Assembly (NCBI GenBank): GCA_003344405.1
Contig: NOWV01000224.1
Coordinates: 1 to 64,000, forward strand
Source: Trichoplax sp. H2
Taxonomy: Eukaryota
DNA: 64,000 nt
Reading direction: 5' to 3'
Shown here: positions 14,540 to 28,593 of the stretch, in pieces
Numbering within the stretch: the stretch's first letter is position 1
Layout: every line of letters starts with the position of its first letter
Position numbers and translations under genes: made by a program
Notes under the pieces: model-generated
Databases searched by the model: none
Seen by the model: only the letters and a program-made list of their open reading frames with translations
What the model was told of the DNA's origin: nothing

Positions 14540-15364
14540 GAACTATATACTCCTGTTTGTTTAAGAAGTCAGCACTGAAAGAATTCTTATTTCAAGAATT
14601 CATTTTAATGACAATATATCGATATTGTTCTACTTGTAAATGACGAAGAAAATTATGGCTGGTATAAGATCTGATCAATTTGGAAATATAAGTCGTACAA
14701 CCAGACGCGAGTTTTATTAATTATAGGCATAATTTCATAAAATACATTGGAAGAATTGTTAATAGCCTTATAGAAGTACTACTGCTATTTATGTTATATT
14801 ATTCTTTGTTACATCAGAATGCATGTCTTACGAGTATGTATTAATTGTATAATGATAAAGCTAATGATCATCTAATAACTTTCTTTAAGTGAACAAATTT
14901 ATGTACTGTGTTTAATTTATAAAATGTATTATTTCTTAATAGTTATCTAGTTTTTGTACAATATTTTACTTGCATGATAAAAATACCATTGTTAGTCTGT
15001 ATATGCAATGGTATTTGTTACCTTATATACACAATTGCAACAGGAGAACTATGACTATAAATTTAGACATGGAGAACAGTCTAGGAAAAAGGAACAAAGT
15101 ATTTGACCGTTTTTAAAAAGATTTCGTATTGGTAATATTACCTTTGTATTGTATGGAAAATAGATGATTCAAATTTGGATGCGATTAGCTAGATTTTACA
15201 CATCCATTGTTAAGTGTAGTACGATGTACCTATGATTATTACTATAGTATGTCTGTTGTGCTCATTTAAACAAGAATCGATTCCTATACTGTAGAAAGAA
15301 AGTATATATTACGATAAACTACAGTAAGCAGTAATGTTCAATTAATTATTCTCATCTTCGGAGG

Positions 15365-15520
15365 TAATAATTCTTATTGTTACTATAATTATTATTATTG
15401 TTAACGTTATTAATATTATTGTTACTATTATTATTATTATTAATATTGTTATTGTTATTATTATTATTAATATTATTATTATTGTTATCACTATCGTTAT
15501 TATTGTCATTATTGTTATAT
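15365..15520. repeat. Imperfect (ATT/GTT)n trinucleotide microsatellite
   Basis: Runs of ATTATTATTGTT; these account for the poly-Ile and poly-Leu ORFs in the track. Confidence 0.92.
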
Positions 15521-18315
15521 CAATACATTGCAATATCGTTAACATTATTCTTGTGGCTAATATTCTTACACGAGTCTACTGTATGATCATGATGTTACGT
15601 TATCCTAACTATAATGCTGTATTATTATCGTTAAATAGATTTTCTACTAATCGATTCCTTAGGTATTTCGCTACATACTTTTAATTTTACATTGCCGTAA
15701 ATAGTTGGCTATCTTTAAAAATTGGTACAAGCAAACAACATTGTACCAAACCTACTAATGTACTTATTAACTTATTAATTAGTTGTAATAAGTGTTGTAC
15801 AGTTTGGGTTTTACTACATTTACATTGCTCTTATTAAACTTTGGCATTGGTTTAGTCTATTAATTTATAACTAATGAAAGTGATAAAAGTACGTAGGAAT
15901 ATTATTCCTTGTATTTAATCCTCGTATGCACTATACTGAATATCTGGTGGGGTTGTTACGCGTTATTTTATAATTACTATTGGAAAGCTATAATTTCCCT
16001 TAAATTACAAGCATAATTCTATCGGTCACTGCGACTGGGTGCATGATATTACTGATGTTGTAAAGCAAGTGATTATGGCATTGCTACAGTATTTGACTTA
16101 TCTCGAGGGTGTATCGTACTAGGAATGAAGTGACTGCTATTGGACCGATATACCGAAGAGACGCATCGTAATATTAATGTAAGAAATGGAGATGTTAGCT
16201 TACGTGATTGGAGTAGACTATGCAAGAGCTATCATTCGTATACAGCAAAATCCACTTTTACTTTCTAATACAGATATGATCTATCCAATATATCAGTTTC
16301 CTGTTAGACCTAATTTTATTATACTTGTACTTGTAACGGTAAATGAAAGGGAAGAGCAAAGTCTAAAACTTTGCTGAATATTAATTTACTGTTGTTGAAG
16401 TATCGAGTGAACCACTATCAAAGCGTCGAGCAGTTAGATTAGTGCAGTATGTATAAAAAGAGTCTTGTTGAAGTAATATTCTACACACGTATCTAGTATA
16501 GTGTATGTCGTTAATGGCGTATTAGTTAAGTGCAGTAGTTATCACAATATGCTAAACACTCTATTAGTACGGTACTATTTACTCTCGTTGGATTGTATAG
16601 GAGCCATAGTTGCGATGTATTCTGACGGTATTAGCACAGTACTTTGTTTAATTCAAATCGATTTGTAATGCTTGTCTAACGAGCGTTTGCTACCGCTGCA
16701 TGCTATATTTATTCATGCACAGCATTCACCGTATCCTGTATTAGGACTTTTGTAATGTCTCGTATTGTAATTGGCTTTTTTTAAGTATAACTTAAAAATT
16801 TGGATACCGATGCGCAATTTCTCATTACTCTTTCTTAAAGGCTTGAAAATTTAACGCTGATTAATTAATGTTTTGACGAATGTAGGCATGCCAAGAGTAG
16901 TGATGATAAGTTATAAATAGTAAATTCTGTGGGTTTTACCAGATTTACAAGTGCATCTTATGCACGCTGCAACCTGTAGATAAAGTAGACTTTACGTAAA
17001 GTTATTGTTATAACTCATATCAGTCAATTTTTATTGAAAAAAAGTACAATTCTACTGAACTAGTACAGACAGCAAGAAATTAATTTTCATGGAACATTAG
17101 AGCGCTCTTCATCAGTGTATATACCCTGTTACCGTATATTGATAGCACCGTTTGTCCGTAAGTTATAGATATGAAGCTTATGAACTTTGAATATCAACTG
17201 CACATTTAAAGCATATTCACCTAATCAAACGGGAGATGTATCGAAAGACTATAGACGGTAAACATAAGGTTAAAGTTGAACAGTTACAATTAGATATATA
17301 TATACAATTGATTGCATTACTTCACAGTGTACATAAATGGCAGTGATGTTAATAATCACATGATGAGAACAATTATTCAGACCTTATTGACTTTAGCTAC
17401 GAGCTATTAATCTAACTTTATTATTATCTACAAATTGATCGTTACAGTTTATATTTATGCCGATTTATAACTATGAAATTGACTTTCAATAAAGTTTGGG
17501 TTTAGTTTTGTCTGAGAAAGACTAGTGGTGTTACTATTCCTCCTGACGATAAGAGATTGTCAATAATTAGAGTTGCAGTGTTGACCGACGTCAGGGAGGA
17601 CTAACCTGAGAGTACTATAAACTGGTAGTGTCTAGTTTGGTGTATTAGTTCAATTTTTCCTCGTTTCTAAATTTAGATTGAGTACATCCCCTTATAGGCC
17701 TTATTGATATCGTCCTATACAGTGGAAAATGCCGTCTTTATTGTTGAATTCGCCTCCTTCTACTACATACACTAGAATGATATCAATGAACCGAATCAAT
17801 TTGGCAAGATTTGAACATTGCTGCGAGCATTGTCCAATTTCGTATATATGAAATTCAACCTTGAGCGAAAATTTATCCGAAATATGTATTGAATATGCGA
17901 CTATTCTAATCAAAGACTAACCCCCCTCTAGATCAACAGCAGAAACTGTGGTATAAAGCGTTTTAATAATTTGTCAAAGAATAATTTCACACTGTACGGT
18001 ATACTCATAGTACAATTATATGAACTAAGCGCCTTGGACGACTTTCATGGCTAAGCATAGTATCTGGTAGTCCATGGCTCCATGCCATATGGCTGCATAT
18101 AATCGCTTTCAAAAATGAAGTCGCTAGTTCGGTGCTCACTGTAAATTATAAACCACTAGTGCAAACTCCCGTCGCTTTGCAGACGGTTTACGATAATGTG
18201 CTCATTTAACAGATAGTATTACCATTTGGCGTACTCAGTAGACCTGTCAGAGGTTCAGTAACTTTATACCGTGTACTGTGTAGTAATTGAAGTACGGTAG
18301 CTTTAAGAAGTAGGA

Positions 18316-19080
18316 TAGTCTGCTATGCTTATAAGGTAATTTCATGATTGCTGATGATAAAACGGTGTACTGTACTTCTACTATTCGTACTATGTTCATC
18401 TAAGGCCGTAGTAGACAAGTATATAAGATGATATTTTTGTGTAATGTCTTAATATAACTATAAGATAATATGGAATTGTTATCGTAGAGACCAAGTCGAT
18501 TATCCGGTTTATCTTAGCCATTTTCGACTGTTATTATGAAAAAAGAAAAGTGGATTTCTTCTCTTGTCAAGCGTTCTATTCATAAAGGATATTTTTAAGG
18601 TTAAACACGGTGTTTACCTGATCTTGTGTCACGTTCGAGATTTGCATATAGTCCACTATGCTTATAAGTTAATATCATGATTGCTGATGATGAAGCAATG
18701 TACAGTACTGTACTGTTTACCTGATCTTGTGTCACGTTCGAGATCTGCATATAGTCCACTATGCTTATAAGTTAATATCATGATTGCTGATGATGAAGCA
18801 ATGTACTGTACTTGTACTATGCGCACTATGTTCATCTAAGGCCGTAGTAGGCAACCATATAAGATGATATTTTTGCGTTGTCTTAATATAGTTATTCGAT
18901 AATAAGGCAATGTTATCGTAGAGACCAAGCTGATTTATCCGGTTTATCTTAGCCACTTTCGACTGTTAATATGAAGGAAGAAAAGTGGATTTCTTCCCTT
19001 GTCAAGCGTTCCATTAATAAAGGATACTTTCAAGGTTGAACACGGTGTTTACCACATCTTGTGTCATGTTGGGAGATTTT
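18316..19080. repeat. About 330-bp duplication with an internally deleted copy of about 100 bp between the two full copies
   Basis: TAGTC..CTATGCTTATAAG at about 18316, 18650 and 18752. The long copies share GTTCATCTAAGGCCGTAGTAG and ATCCGGTTTATCTTAGCCA. Confidence 0.9.
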
Positions 19081-19672
19081 GCTCAATTTTAATAGCTCAG
19101 ATTTTGAGTTAGACGATTGCAAACCACAGAAATTGTAAAATCCAAGCCCTACAGCGTACAGTAAAGTTCGTAACAAACTCATGGCGAAAGGTAATATCAC
19201 TTTTACAAAGTAGTTAGCCGATATCTTCACGTCTAGTGATCAACTACGAACATCCGTAAGAATTCAGTATGGCTGCATTTGCCGGCTACTACAGACAGAC
19301 GATCGGATAGGACATGAAAGCCCCTATTGTACCATAGTACAAAAGACCTTTCACTGGATCCAGTGGTAGTTTTGGGTCTTGTTGTAGTAGTCGATGGCTA
19401 TCCTATAGTGGACTAGAGTCGAGTGTCGTATACACCGCTGGAGATGAGCTATCAAGTAACTGGTATGCATCTTTTGACTACAGTTGTGTATAGTGGCGCC
19501 ATCGTCAACCGTACACTACCCATAAGGTCTTGGGCTCAGACGGGCGGTCCTGGGATCGATGTTGTCCAATTTATTTTTATTTGCTTAGATGAGAATTGAA
19601 TTAAAAGTAGTTTTTCTTTTTTACAACAGCAGATGAGTCTTAAGGTCAGCATGCTCTTGGATAATTCTCATC

Positions 19673-22600
19673 ATGGCAAGCCTTATTAAGTCTCAAATTA
19701 TCAAGAATTTGGCCAGGTAGGTGGGAAAATGGCAGGAAATATTCCTCTTCAAATGGATGATGTCAAGCTTTTCTTCACAATCTGAGGCGTTGTCGGAGGC
19801 AGAGTAGACCTCCAACAACATGGACAACATTGGCTCATCTATCTCTTTTTGCATGCTAATGGGTCATGACTAGTCATGACCAGTTGAATTCTGGCCATTT
19901 CTAGACGTTGGTATTGGATATTAAAAGATTGTTGTTAGTTTGTCATGCTAGATGAAGGGATAATGTTGGCAATAGAGTGGCTGCCAATGTCATCAATCGT
20001 TGCAAATGTTGACTATGCAATTCGTACACATACACATACTGTAGAGTTCACTTTTCAAAGCTTGTCTATCCATTTTTGCCACATTACTTGCTTATTCAAT
20101 ATGCATGGCCATGCTTTGGAGATAGCCTTCAAAAAATAAGCTAATTTCCTCGTAGTTGAATGAGTGGAAAGAATTTGAAATTTGCAAATACTCTCTTGAG
20201 GGGGAAATTAGGATCACAACTAGCTATTGTTTTTACTGTTAATTACAGAGCGCCTGTCGAGCCATGCCTTATTTTGATTGTGCTACCCCGAATACTTGGA
20301 CTGTTTTGACATTTTACTGAACCAATTTGAACCCAATTCCGACAACTTTCTTGGCAGTATTCGATTATACATGTTGTCCATTTCTATGCGCGATCAGATT
20401 GTGGAGAAGACTATGACTACAATACACGTAGTGTGGCTCGTTTCCAGTTGGCCATGTTTCATCATTTTCATGTCATCATTTCTTCTATTCCATCGTTGAA
20501 AAATGAATATCTATCCACTTCATGTCTATTGTAGGTATACCAAGAATCTCTCCGCTGACAATGTCAATCTCAGCTTATTTAAAGGTGAAGGCGAATTCTT
20601 AAATCTACAGCTGGATGAAAATGTCCTCCATTCAGTCCTACATATGCCTCAATGGCTGCGCATCGAGAAAGTAACTTGCAATCGAGTATCATGGAAGGTT
20701 ATTACAACCCTTTTTTGGGGGAAAATCTACACTGTCATTTAAATTCTAATTACATCATGTCTCAAGAAGAATCAGTAGAATACAATCGAGTACTCGTCAC
20801 TCTTTCATGCCAATACGATAGATTATTCCTTTCTAAATAACTCTATGCCCAGCTTATTCCAAATAGAATTTTACTTTTAATCCTTGCGTCTTGTTTCCTT
20901 ACCGGAGATCAATGAGTTAATCATGATAGAATGGAATCAGTTACTCGCTACTCTTTCACAACAAGACGTTAGATTATTCCTTTCTATGCTGAATGACTTT
21001 ATACCCAAATCATTCCAAATAGCATTTTACTTTTTTGATTAGTAATATTTCCTTACTTGAGATCAATTAGTTGATAATACAGTCGATTACTCGCTACCCT
21101 TGATGACAGTGCGATCAATTACTTTCGATACAACTTTATGCCTAGCTCGTTCCAAATGTAATTTTACTCTCAGTCTTTGTATGATCGTATTTCCCTACTT
21201 GAGATTAATGTCAATTAGTTGACAACGTAATTCTCTTTCACGGCAATACAATAGATTATTCCTTTCTATGTAATGCATCATTTTACAATTAGAAGACCAT
21301 TCTATCTGTTGACTTACCGTCGATTGGATTGCATAGTCTATTCTAGTTCACCTCAACAGGATACTAACCTTTTCCAACTCGAACTTGACCGTTTCTTATA
21401 GAGTATATCATTTGTTATTGTAGTTTATAACTTGAATTTTATCCATAAACTGTGTCATTATATCAATCTTCTTCTCAATCTAATTGTAGATACCTTGGAC
21501 CAAGCTTAAAACTGAAGCTATTGCCATTGTAAGTAAATGTTGCTGTACAATTAGATTATACACTTTCGAGCAATTGACATTACGATCGAGCAATGGAATG
21601 GCAACTATATTCAATGCACACAGCAAAGGATGTTCCTACTTGAAGCGAATAGTAATATCATTGACTTATTTATTAATAACATTAGCATCGCTTCCCTTTT
21701 CACTTTTTATTTTGTGCAAGCACCATACGTACTCATACTGCATGCGAATATCAATCAGCGTGATAGCGAGAGTTTAAAATGACACCCGTTGAGGCTATCG
21801 AATTATGTGCTTAGGTCATGTTTTGATCAAATAGTTCTCTCATACATGTAGAAGGAAGTTGTAAAATCGAGTATTATTTTAAAAGGAGAGTATGCAAAGG
21901 TAGTGCTATCCATTTTCCGTTTCTCAGAAATCAATTACTTCATTATTTATGCATCTAGTTTTGTTCTTGCTTACTCTACCATAATAACCATGACTGACAA
22001 CGAAAAAGATTTACTATATGAGTTGCTATTCCCCTATGGCGCTTTCTTTATGATAACGTTCGAATTGAATAGTTTAGTAATACAGAATTATTGGCATAAT
22101 CAACCACTTTGCTCTAATAACTCATCTAGTAAACGACCATGAGCTAGGTACTAGTCAATAGTGCTGCCTTTACTGTCTCTTCAAATTATTCTTTATTGTT
22201 GTGATTATAATGATCATTTTTTCTGACATTTTAGCTTTTACCCCCTACTAGCTATGGACGAGTGTGAACTGTTCTTATTTGTAACTAATTTATACTCTCT
22301 AGTCTCGATTAACCTTAATAAATAGATCGAGGTACAACAGCAGTGTCTATCTTAGTATCATTTCAAATCATACTATATATTGTTACACAGTAGATTACCC
22401 TCTGGGCTGATGGTGTGAATTTCCAGTAGTCCATGACATCATAGAATTGGCTATACTTCAATTAATTATAGTACTGATTTTAGCAATCCGACGATGATCA
22501 TAATGATGGCTTAACACATTAACAGCTTATACACACATTTTTCCTTTCAACAAGGAATAATATTCATGATGGCAAAGCTTTACGTATTTCATCAAGTCAT

Positions 22601-25600
22601 ATTAATAATCGTAGCAAAGTCTGATTTATTTCAACATGGAATAGTATTCATGATGGCAGCAAAGCTTTACGTATTTCATCAAGTCATGTTAATAATCGTA
22701 GCAAAGTCTACTTTATTTCACCACGTAATATTAGTGATCGTAGCAATATCTATGCTTATTTCACCACGTAATAGGAGTATTTGTAGTAATATCCATTTCG
22801 CATTTTCATCAAATAATATTAAATTATTCGTAACAGAATCTACCTTGTTTCACATTTTTACTCAATAATATTGAATTGATCATAGAAAAGTCCAATAGTA
22901 AGTCAAGTGACTTCAATATTTCCACCTAAAGTCCTTAGATATCGTGACCACTATTTAATCCTACCGAACGGAATCATATGTTAACGATATGCATACTTTA
23001 CTTGCTTATTATTTGTTGATTGATTGATTTTATTTATTTTGTGACAGTGCTATGATATTAATTTGCATATTTCTTCAGTTCCTGAATTGGTATTGGGTAT
23101 ATACGAGGCTAACAATGATATTTTCTAAGCAGCCAAAGACGCCCATCTAATAGACCTTGACTAGTTTCATCCTGAAGAAGTGATAACCTAGGTTTTAATA
23201 TTCAGATCTGACTCTGTTAATTGTTCATGCGATACATGCATGTAAGTCAAATTATAAATTAGTACAACTCGGAAAGATATTGAGAGATGATTTTTAAGTT
23301 TAAACACACATGAGTGAGGGAGTTTGGTTATGCAAATTGATTTTGCTTATAAATAGATACATTCCTCAGATGTAATTACACTTCCAACCACCCTTCCTCG
23401 TGAACGATCAAGAATAGATAGATAGACAGATAAGAGATGGAGTAAGAAATGAAGTTGTCGGTATCAAAATCGACGTAGTTAGTTGCCTTCCCTTTCTGAC
23501 ACCAACACTAAAATCTCATTTTAATACCGATACGTATATCTTGCAGCTATACAATATTTAACAATATTTGTTTTGCTGTATTTGTTGACAACGATCATAT
23601 GATAGACAGTAAGACCAGAGTAATCACTTCTTCAAATTTGATCGATCGGGAAGATTTGTGCCCCTTGCTTGGCCGTTACTGCGTAGAAATAACATTTTAT
23701 TTGTGGCCTAAATTCACCTGTGCATCAAGTTTTGCAAAATTTTATCCTCATCTAGTACTTGCAACCAGGCCTTTGAAATTAAAATTATATATTAGTGCAG
23801 GTAGTTGGAGATTATAGTGATGCTGTACCTTAGCAAAATGGGCACTGCCAATGATGATCAATTAGTAATGTTCACATTCTCACTATACAATCACAAGTAT
23901 GGTAAAATATTTCGAGAACATTTTATCTAGATCGCTCCATTGCTTAATGTATCATTTTACACGATTCACACCTATCACTTTAGTATTGGTGACAGACCCG
24001 TAGATTGAGAGAAAGGTGCTTAAATTCTCACTGTATAAAATGGTGAATAAATCCACAGTAGACAAGCTAGATATATAAAATTGTTCTCTTTAACTGTTTT
24101 CATAATTAAAACATAGAAATTTGATGCAATCTACGTGGAAATCAGTGCTATTGGACCAAATGATAAACCAAATAGTAGTGTCCAGTTAGCCAATGCGTCT
24201 ACCTCCAGCGGATCAAAATCGTTAGTAACTTTGAGTGTGTAATAAAATAAATAAGGGGTACACAATTGAAGCACGATTGTTGGATATTAAACTCATTTTA
24301 TTTAATGCTCCATTGTTACAGAACATCAACGAAATATGGCTTTATCGACAAAGTTATCGATAGTATATGTTTTAGTATCAATTCTGTCGACATTAAATTT
24401 GGATCACCTGGATTTCAAGCACTTTTACATGCCTCAAGAATTCAATTAAGGAGTACCAATCCATTGTGGCAGGTTGCCGATCTAAGATCAACACGGATTG
24501 TACATGATAAGAGCGATCAAGTAATATTTTTTAAGGAAGTTTTGCTATCTGCTATAAAGCTAGAAGCATCGGTTACTGCTGGCTGTGAAGATAAACCTAC
24601 TCCGTTACGATTAATTACCAGCCATTCTAGTCTAAAGATTACTGTGAAAAAGAGAATAAGCGATTCTGGAATTATTTGTGGTAAATTAGAACTTGTTCTT
24701 GATGATATATTGTGGGTTTTGAGTGAGAAACAATTGAAAGCTTCTGTCGCCTTTGTTAAATCTGTTGTGGATATTATGCGCCAATCTCATGAACACACTA
24801 GAAATACTACGAAAGATGATAAGCAAACTACTGGGTCTACAAATTCTGAAAAGAATCCCATGAAATACGATCTGGAAACCCCATACGCCCAAAGCCCTGT
24901 CAATATGAGCGATAAACCGATCGATCGGCTATTTTGGCGTTATAATGTTTTAGAGACATCGTTTCATATTGTCACTTCCAGGATAGACTTTCACTTTTGT
25001 GGAGGTTTACAAAGGTACTTTAATTGTAAGATTTTATTAACTGCTTAAAATCTTCTAACAAGATCGACTATTGACATGCTTATAACCTTGGTATACGTGG
25101 ATCTATAATTCTTTAATAATGCTTATTTTAGTAGGAGAGATAGTAGCACGATGCAGGTACTACTTGATAGATTATCATTGGATTACTATCCTGAACATAT
25201 CGCTGGAGCAACAAGGCAACATTGGCAAAAACATGATAATATAAGTTTGTCGCGAAGTACATGGAGTCATCAGCTACTAACATCATTTTTTGACAATAAC
25301 CCTCATCTTAATGGATACAAAAAATTTTTATTCGAGGGTGCTTTGCTCATGAGGTAAATATCGATTATTGTTGTCTACAGTTTATTTTCGATCACTTGCA
25401 TAAATTATAGAAATAATACTATGCAACAGATTGATCTCTATCTTAGAAAACATATATGTTGGAGACATTGACGTCTATTGATGCCTTTAGAAGAGTTTAA
25501 CATCTATAATTGGCTAAATGTAGGTTGCAAGATATAACCATTAGCCAGCTTAGGAGCTTTACTGACGATAATGATGGCGATGGTAAAGATAAGATAAAAC

Positions 25601-28593
25601 CTCTGTTATCTTCGGAAAGAACTTTGAAGATATATCCTGCATTGAGCATTGATCACACATTTTACTTCTATAACTACATGAGCATCCAGGGGAAAATGAA
25701 ATCTAGTTAGTATTAGCTGGAAATCGAAACAGAAATTAAAAAGAATTTTTGAATATAAGACTAGCTTTAAAGTAACCATATACTACAGTTCTGATTTTGG
25801 TGCAATAATTACGTCGTCTAATGCAGTTTCAATGCCTTTAAAATATTTTTGTACTAGAATTAGAGCTACCGAATTCAAATTTATTCGTTTCTACCACCAA
25901 TATACAATGCACTATCGTGGATACCACTATTTTATGGGCCAATGCTTTCGTAACTAATGTCTTCTCTAGTTGGGTAATTATCTTGCCCTCTCTCTTTCTG
26001 TAACACTATTATATGCTTATTCTTGATAAGTTTATAGTGTAATATTGGGATTCAATAAATCTTTATAAATATATCTACATACTTGACTAGGAATCAACGA
26101 AACTTTCGAAGCAGCAAGAGAAAAAAGATGAAAGTATGGATATAAAGATTGACATGAAGACGACGACGGTATGTGAGATTAGTAACCATTCTTCTTTACT
26201 CAGCTGATATCTCTCAAATGGAAATCTTACTCAATTTTCTATCTTAACTGTTATCTATTACTTGCACTTTATCGTTAACAACAAGTACTCATATTTCATC
26301 TAAATTTTAGCTAACGATAGACTTGCCGATCAAGGAGAAATTAAAACTTGCTGAATTGCATAATGTTCCTAGTGCTCTTAGAGTCCGAGTATCGCAAATC
26401 AATATAACAAACTCTATCTTTAACAGGATTGCTCATGATACATACAAGCTATCAAAATTTTATTTGTCTAAAAAGTTCTTTAAAGGTACTTCGTTCCCTA
26501 ACAAAACGGAGGATTTACGATTGATACCTGACGTACTTAGTTATAAAGATAGTACGTCTGATACAGAACTGGAATGGATTTACAACGCAAAATGCCCATC
26601 ATGGCAGGTTGACTGTAAGCGAGTTAGTATTGATTTCGTATTAGATGATGAGTTATCGACCTTTATGGAACCTATGCCTATTTCGCTATGGATTTATTCG
26701 TACAAGGAATTAAATAAAGATGATCAAGTATTGGAAAGCTCTGGGAACAGTCAAGAGCTTGTGACTAACCCTGACTTAAGTATTTTGGTTGATATGAAAA
26801 ATAAATTAAATATTGTCTTGAACCACATGGAATACTTATTTATTCTACGGTTGCAGGCATCACTCATGCAACTTAATAGAGATCTTGGATCAAGTCCAGA
26901 TACGTCATCTCAGAAGACAGGTTTAAAGCTTTCCTTCGCTTTACTTATTAGCGAGCTAGAACTTGGGCTACTTTTACCACGGTCTCCTTATAGCGATTCT
27001 TGTGAATTATGCTTAAATGATGATCAAAATACAGATGATAATACCGGTGAAATTAATAATTTATCTGATTCGCAAAACTTTGATGATATTAATGAAGAAT
27101 TTAATCTTTTGGATGATTCTAATGAAGACGTGGTTATTGAAGACGATATCGATCAAGGTAAAGACGCCATTACCGAATATATAAGTAATTCACCTACAAT
27201 TCAAAGTAACAAAATACTTGGTAAGCCCAAAACTCATCCGTCAACAACAAGTCTTTCTGACGTTTTAGCTAAGACTTCAAAAAAAGTTTCGGAAAGATTA
27301 GATACTCGTGCAAAGAAGAATATACCCGCTGAGACAAATACCTCTACGTCAGGACTGTTAGCATCCACTCTGAGCAATATTGGATTGCTTTCCAGTGCCA
27401 TTGGGGTAACGACTGTTGCTGCAGCTATTGCGGAATTAGATATCAAGCCTGTAACTGCTTTAATTGACATCCGTAATACCGAAGAAATAAACGAATATAT
27501 ATCTGATGACGAAGACAGCAGTTGTCATAATCAGGCAATGGATGACATAAATTCGGTTGAATATGATAAAGTTGATTACAGTGATGTCCAACTTACTAGT
27601 GAACAACTAGAAAGATTGCGAAATGTGAATTTATTTTACGGATCGCCTGATGATACCCATACAGAAGTCTGTATTGTTATGATAAAATTGCAGCAGCTTG
27701 ATTTAGGCATTCAAATTTTGGGTTCAGAAATGATAATGAAAGTTACTTCCAGGTACGGAACAGTTCGAGAAATGGGCAACGTTGATCTTGCTCATTTTGT
27801 CGGTCGTAAAGCTCGAGTAATCACTCCTCCATTAAAGCACAGTCAGCATTTGTTCGATTCCCAGGTTAGGGGTCGTATCACTCTTTCGAATGGTAGTATC
27901 TTTGCTCATATGAAGTTAAATGGTATTTACGGAAATCTTATGGCCACGAATTTAACAAATATGAATCGATTTTTCTTAGACGACACTGTTGATACAGTAA
28001 AGCCGGGGATGGCATTTATTTTTGAGATATACCATTCGTTAATTAGTATTTTGAATGATAACTCTGATTTAGTCAGCCTTGGCTTGAACATTTTGCCTGT
28101 TCAAATGTTAATTCGTGAGACTGCAATGTATAGATCAAGTAGCATTTTTGAGGAAGATATTAAGCAAATTGTTGATAACAGAGACTTTGAAGAAATCCAA
28201 CGGACTACACAAGCTAGTAGCAGTGACGACGATCAGCACGATGAAATTGATTATACCAGTGAAATAAGAGATTTAGTCTATTCCGATGCTCCGTTGAGTG
28301 AATCAAAGGATACATTACCAAAGCGAATAGGAAGAACGTTAGGTGATCCTTATGCCGACGCTCCACTATCGCGATCGGGGGAAAATTCAATTATAAAATC
28401 TCCTCTCGATCGATTAAAAGAAGACAACGAACGCCTCTTTCATTTACTAAAGGTAACACAAAGTGCACTCAAAGCAAAGCGAGATGAACAGCTTGCCTTA
28501 GTCAAGACCGTTCATCATTTAGAGGATGAGTTATTATCCTCCTATCATGAGCAAAATAAATTGCTGCGCCTCGCCTCTAGTATTTCACATTAG
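19673..28593 (+). CDS. BLTP3: Bridge-like lipid transfer protein family 3 (UHRF1BP1/UHRF1BP1L, chorein-N); 10 coding exons
   Basis: Exons 19673-19716, 20535-20697, 21490-21528, 24117-24220, 24322-25014, 25132-25353, 25524-25705, 25858-25973, 26091-26168, 26311-28593, all phase-compatible. N-terminus MASLIKSQIIKNLARYTKNLSADNVNLSLFKGEGEFLNLQLDE...IPWTKLKT, then YGFIDKVID and LRSTNPLWQVADLR, typical of the UHRF1BP1 family. C-terminal coiled-coil-like segment. Confidence 0.9.
20770..21270. repeat. Degenerate tandem repeat, about 150 bp x 3-4, in BLTP3 intron 2
   Basis: Recurring TAGATTATTCCTTTCTA, TTCCAAAT..ATTTTACT and GAGATCAAT motifs. Confidence 0.75.
22540..22890. repeat. Degenerate minisatellite, about 42-bp units with a dimeric unit of about 85 bp, in BLTP3 intron 3
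   Basis: TATTCATGATGGCA..AAGCTTTACGTATTTCATCAAGTCAT.TTAATAATCGTAGCAAAGTCT occurs twice, followed by decaying ATTTCA...ATCGTAGCAA units. Confidence 0.8.

Noticed and set aside
15342..15586. Poly-Ile and poly-Leu membrane-like ORFs
   Set aside because: Products of the (ATT)n microsatellite.
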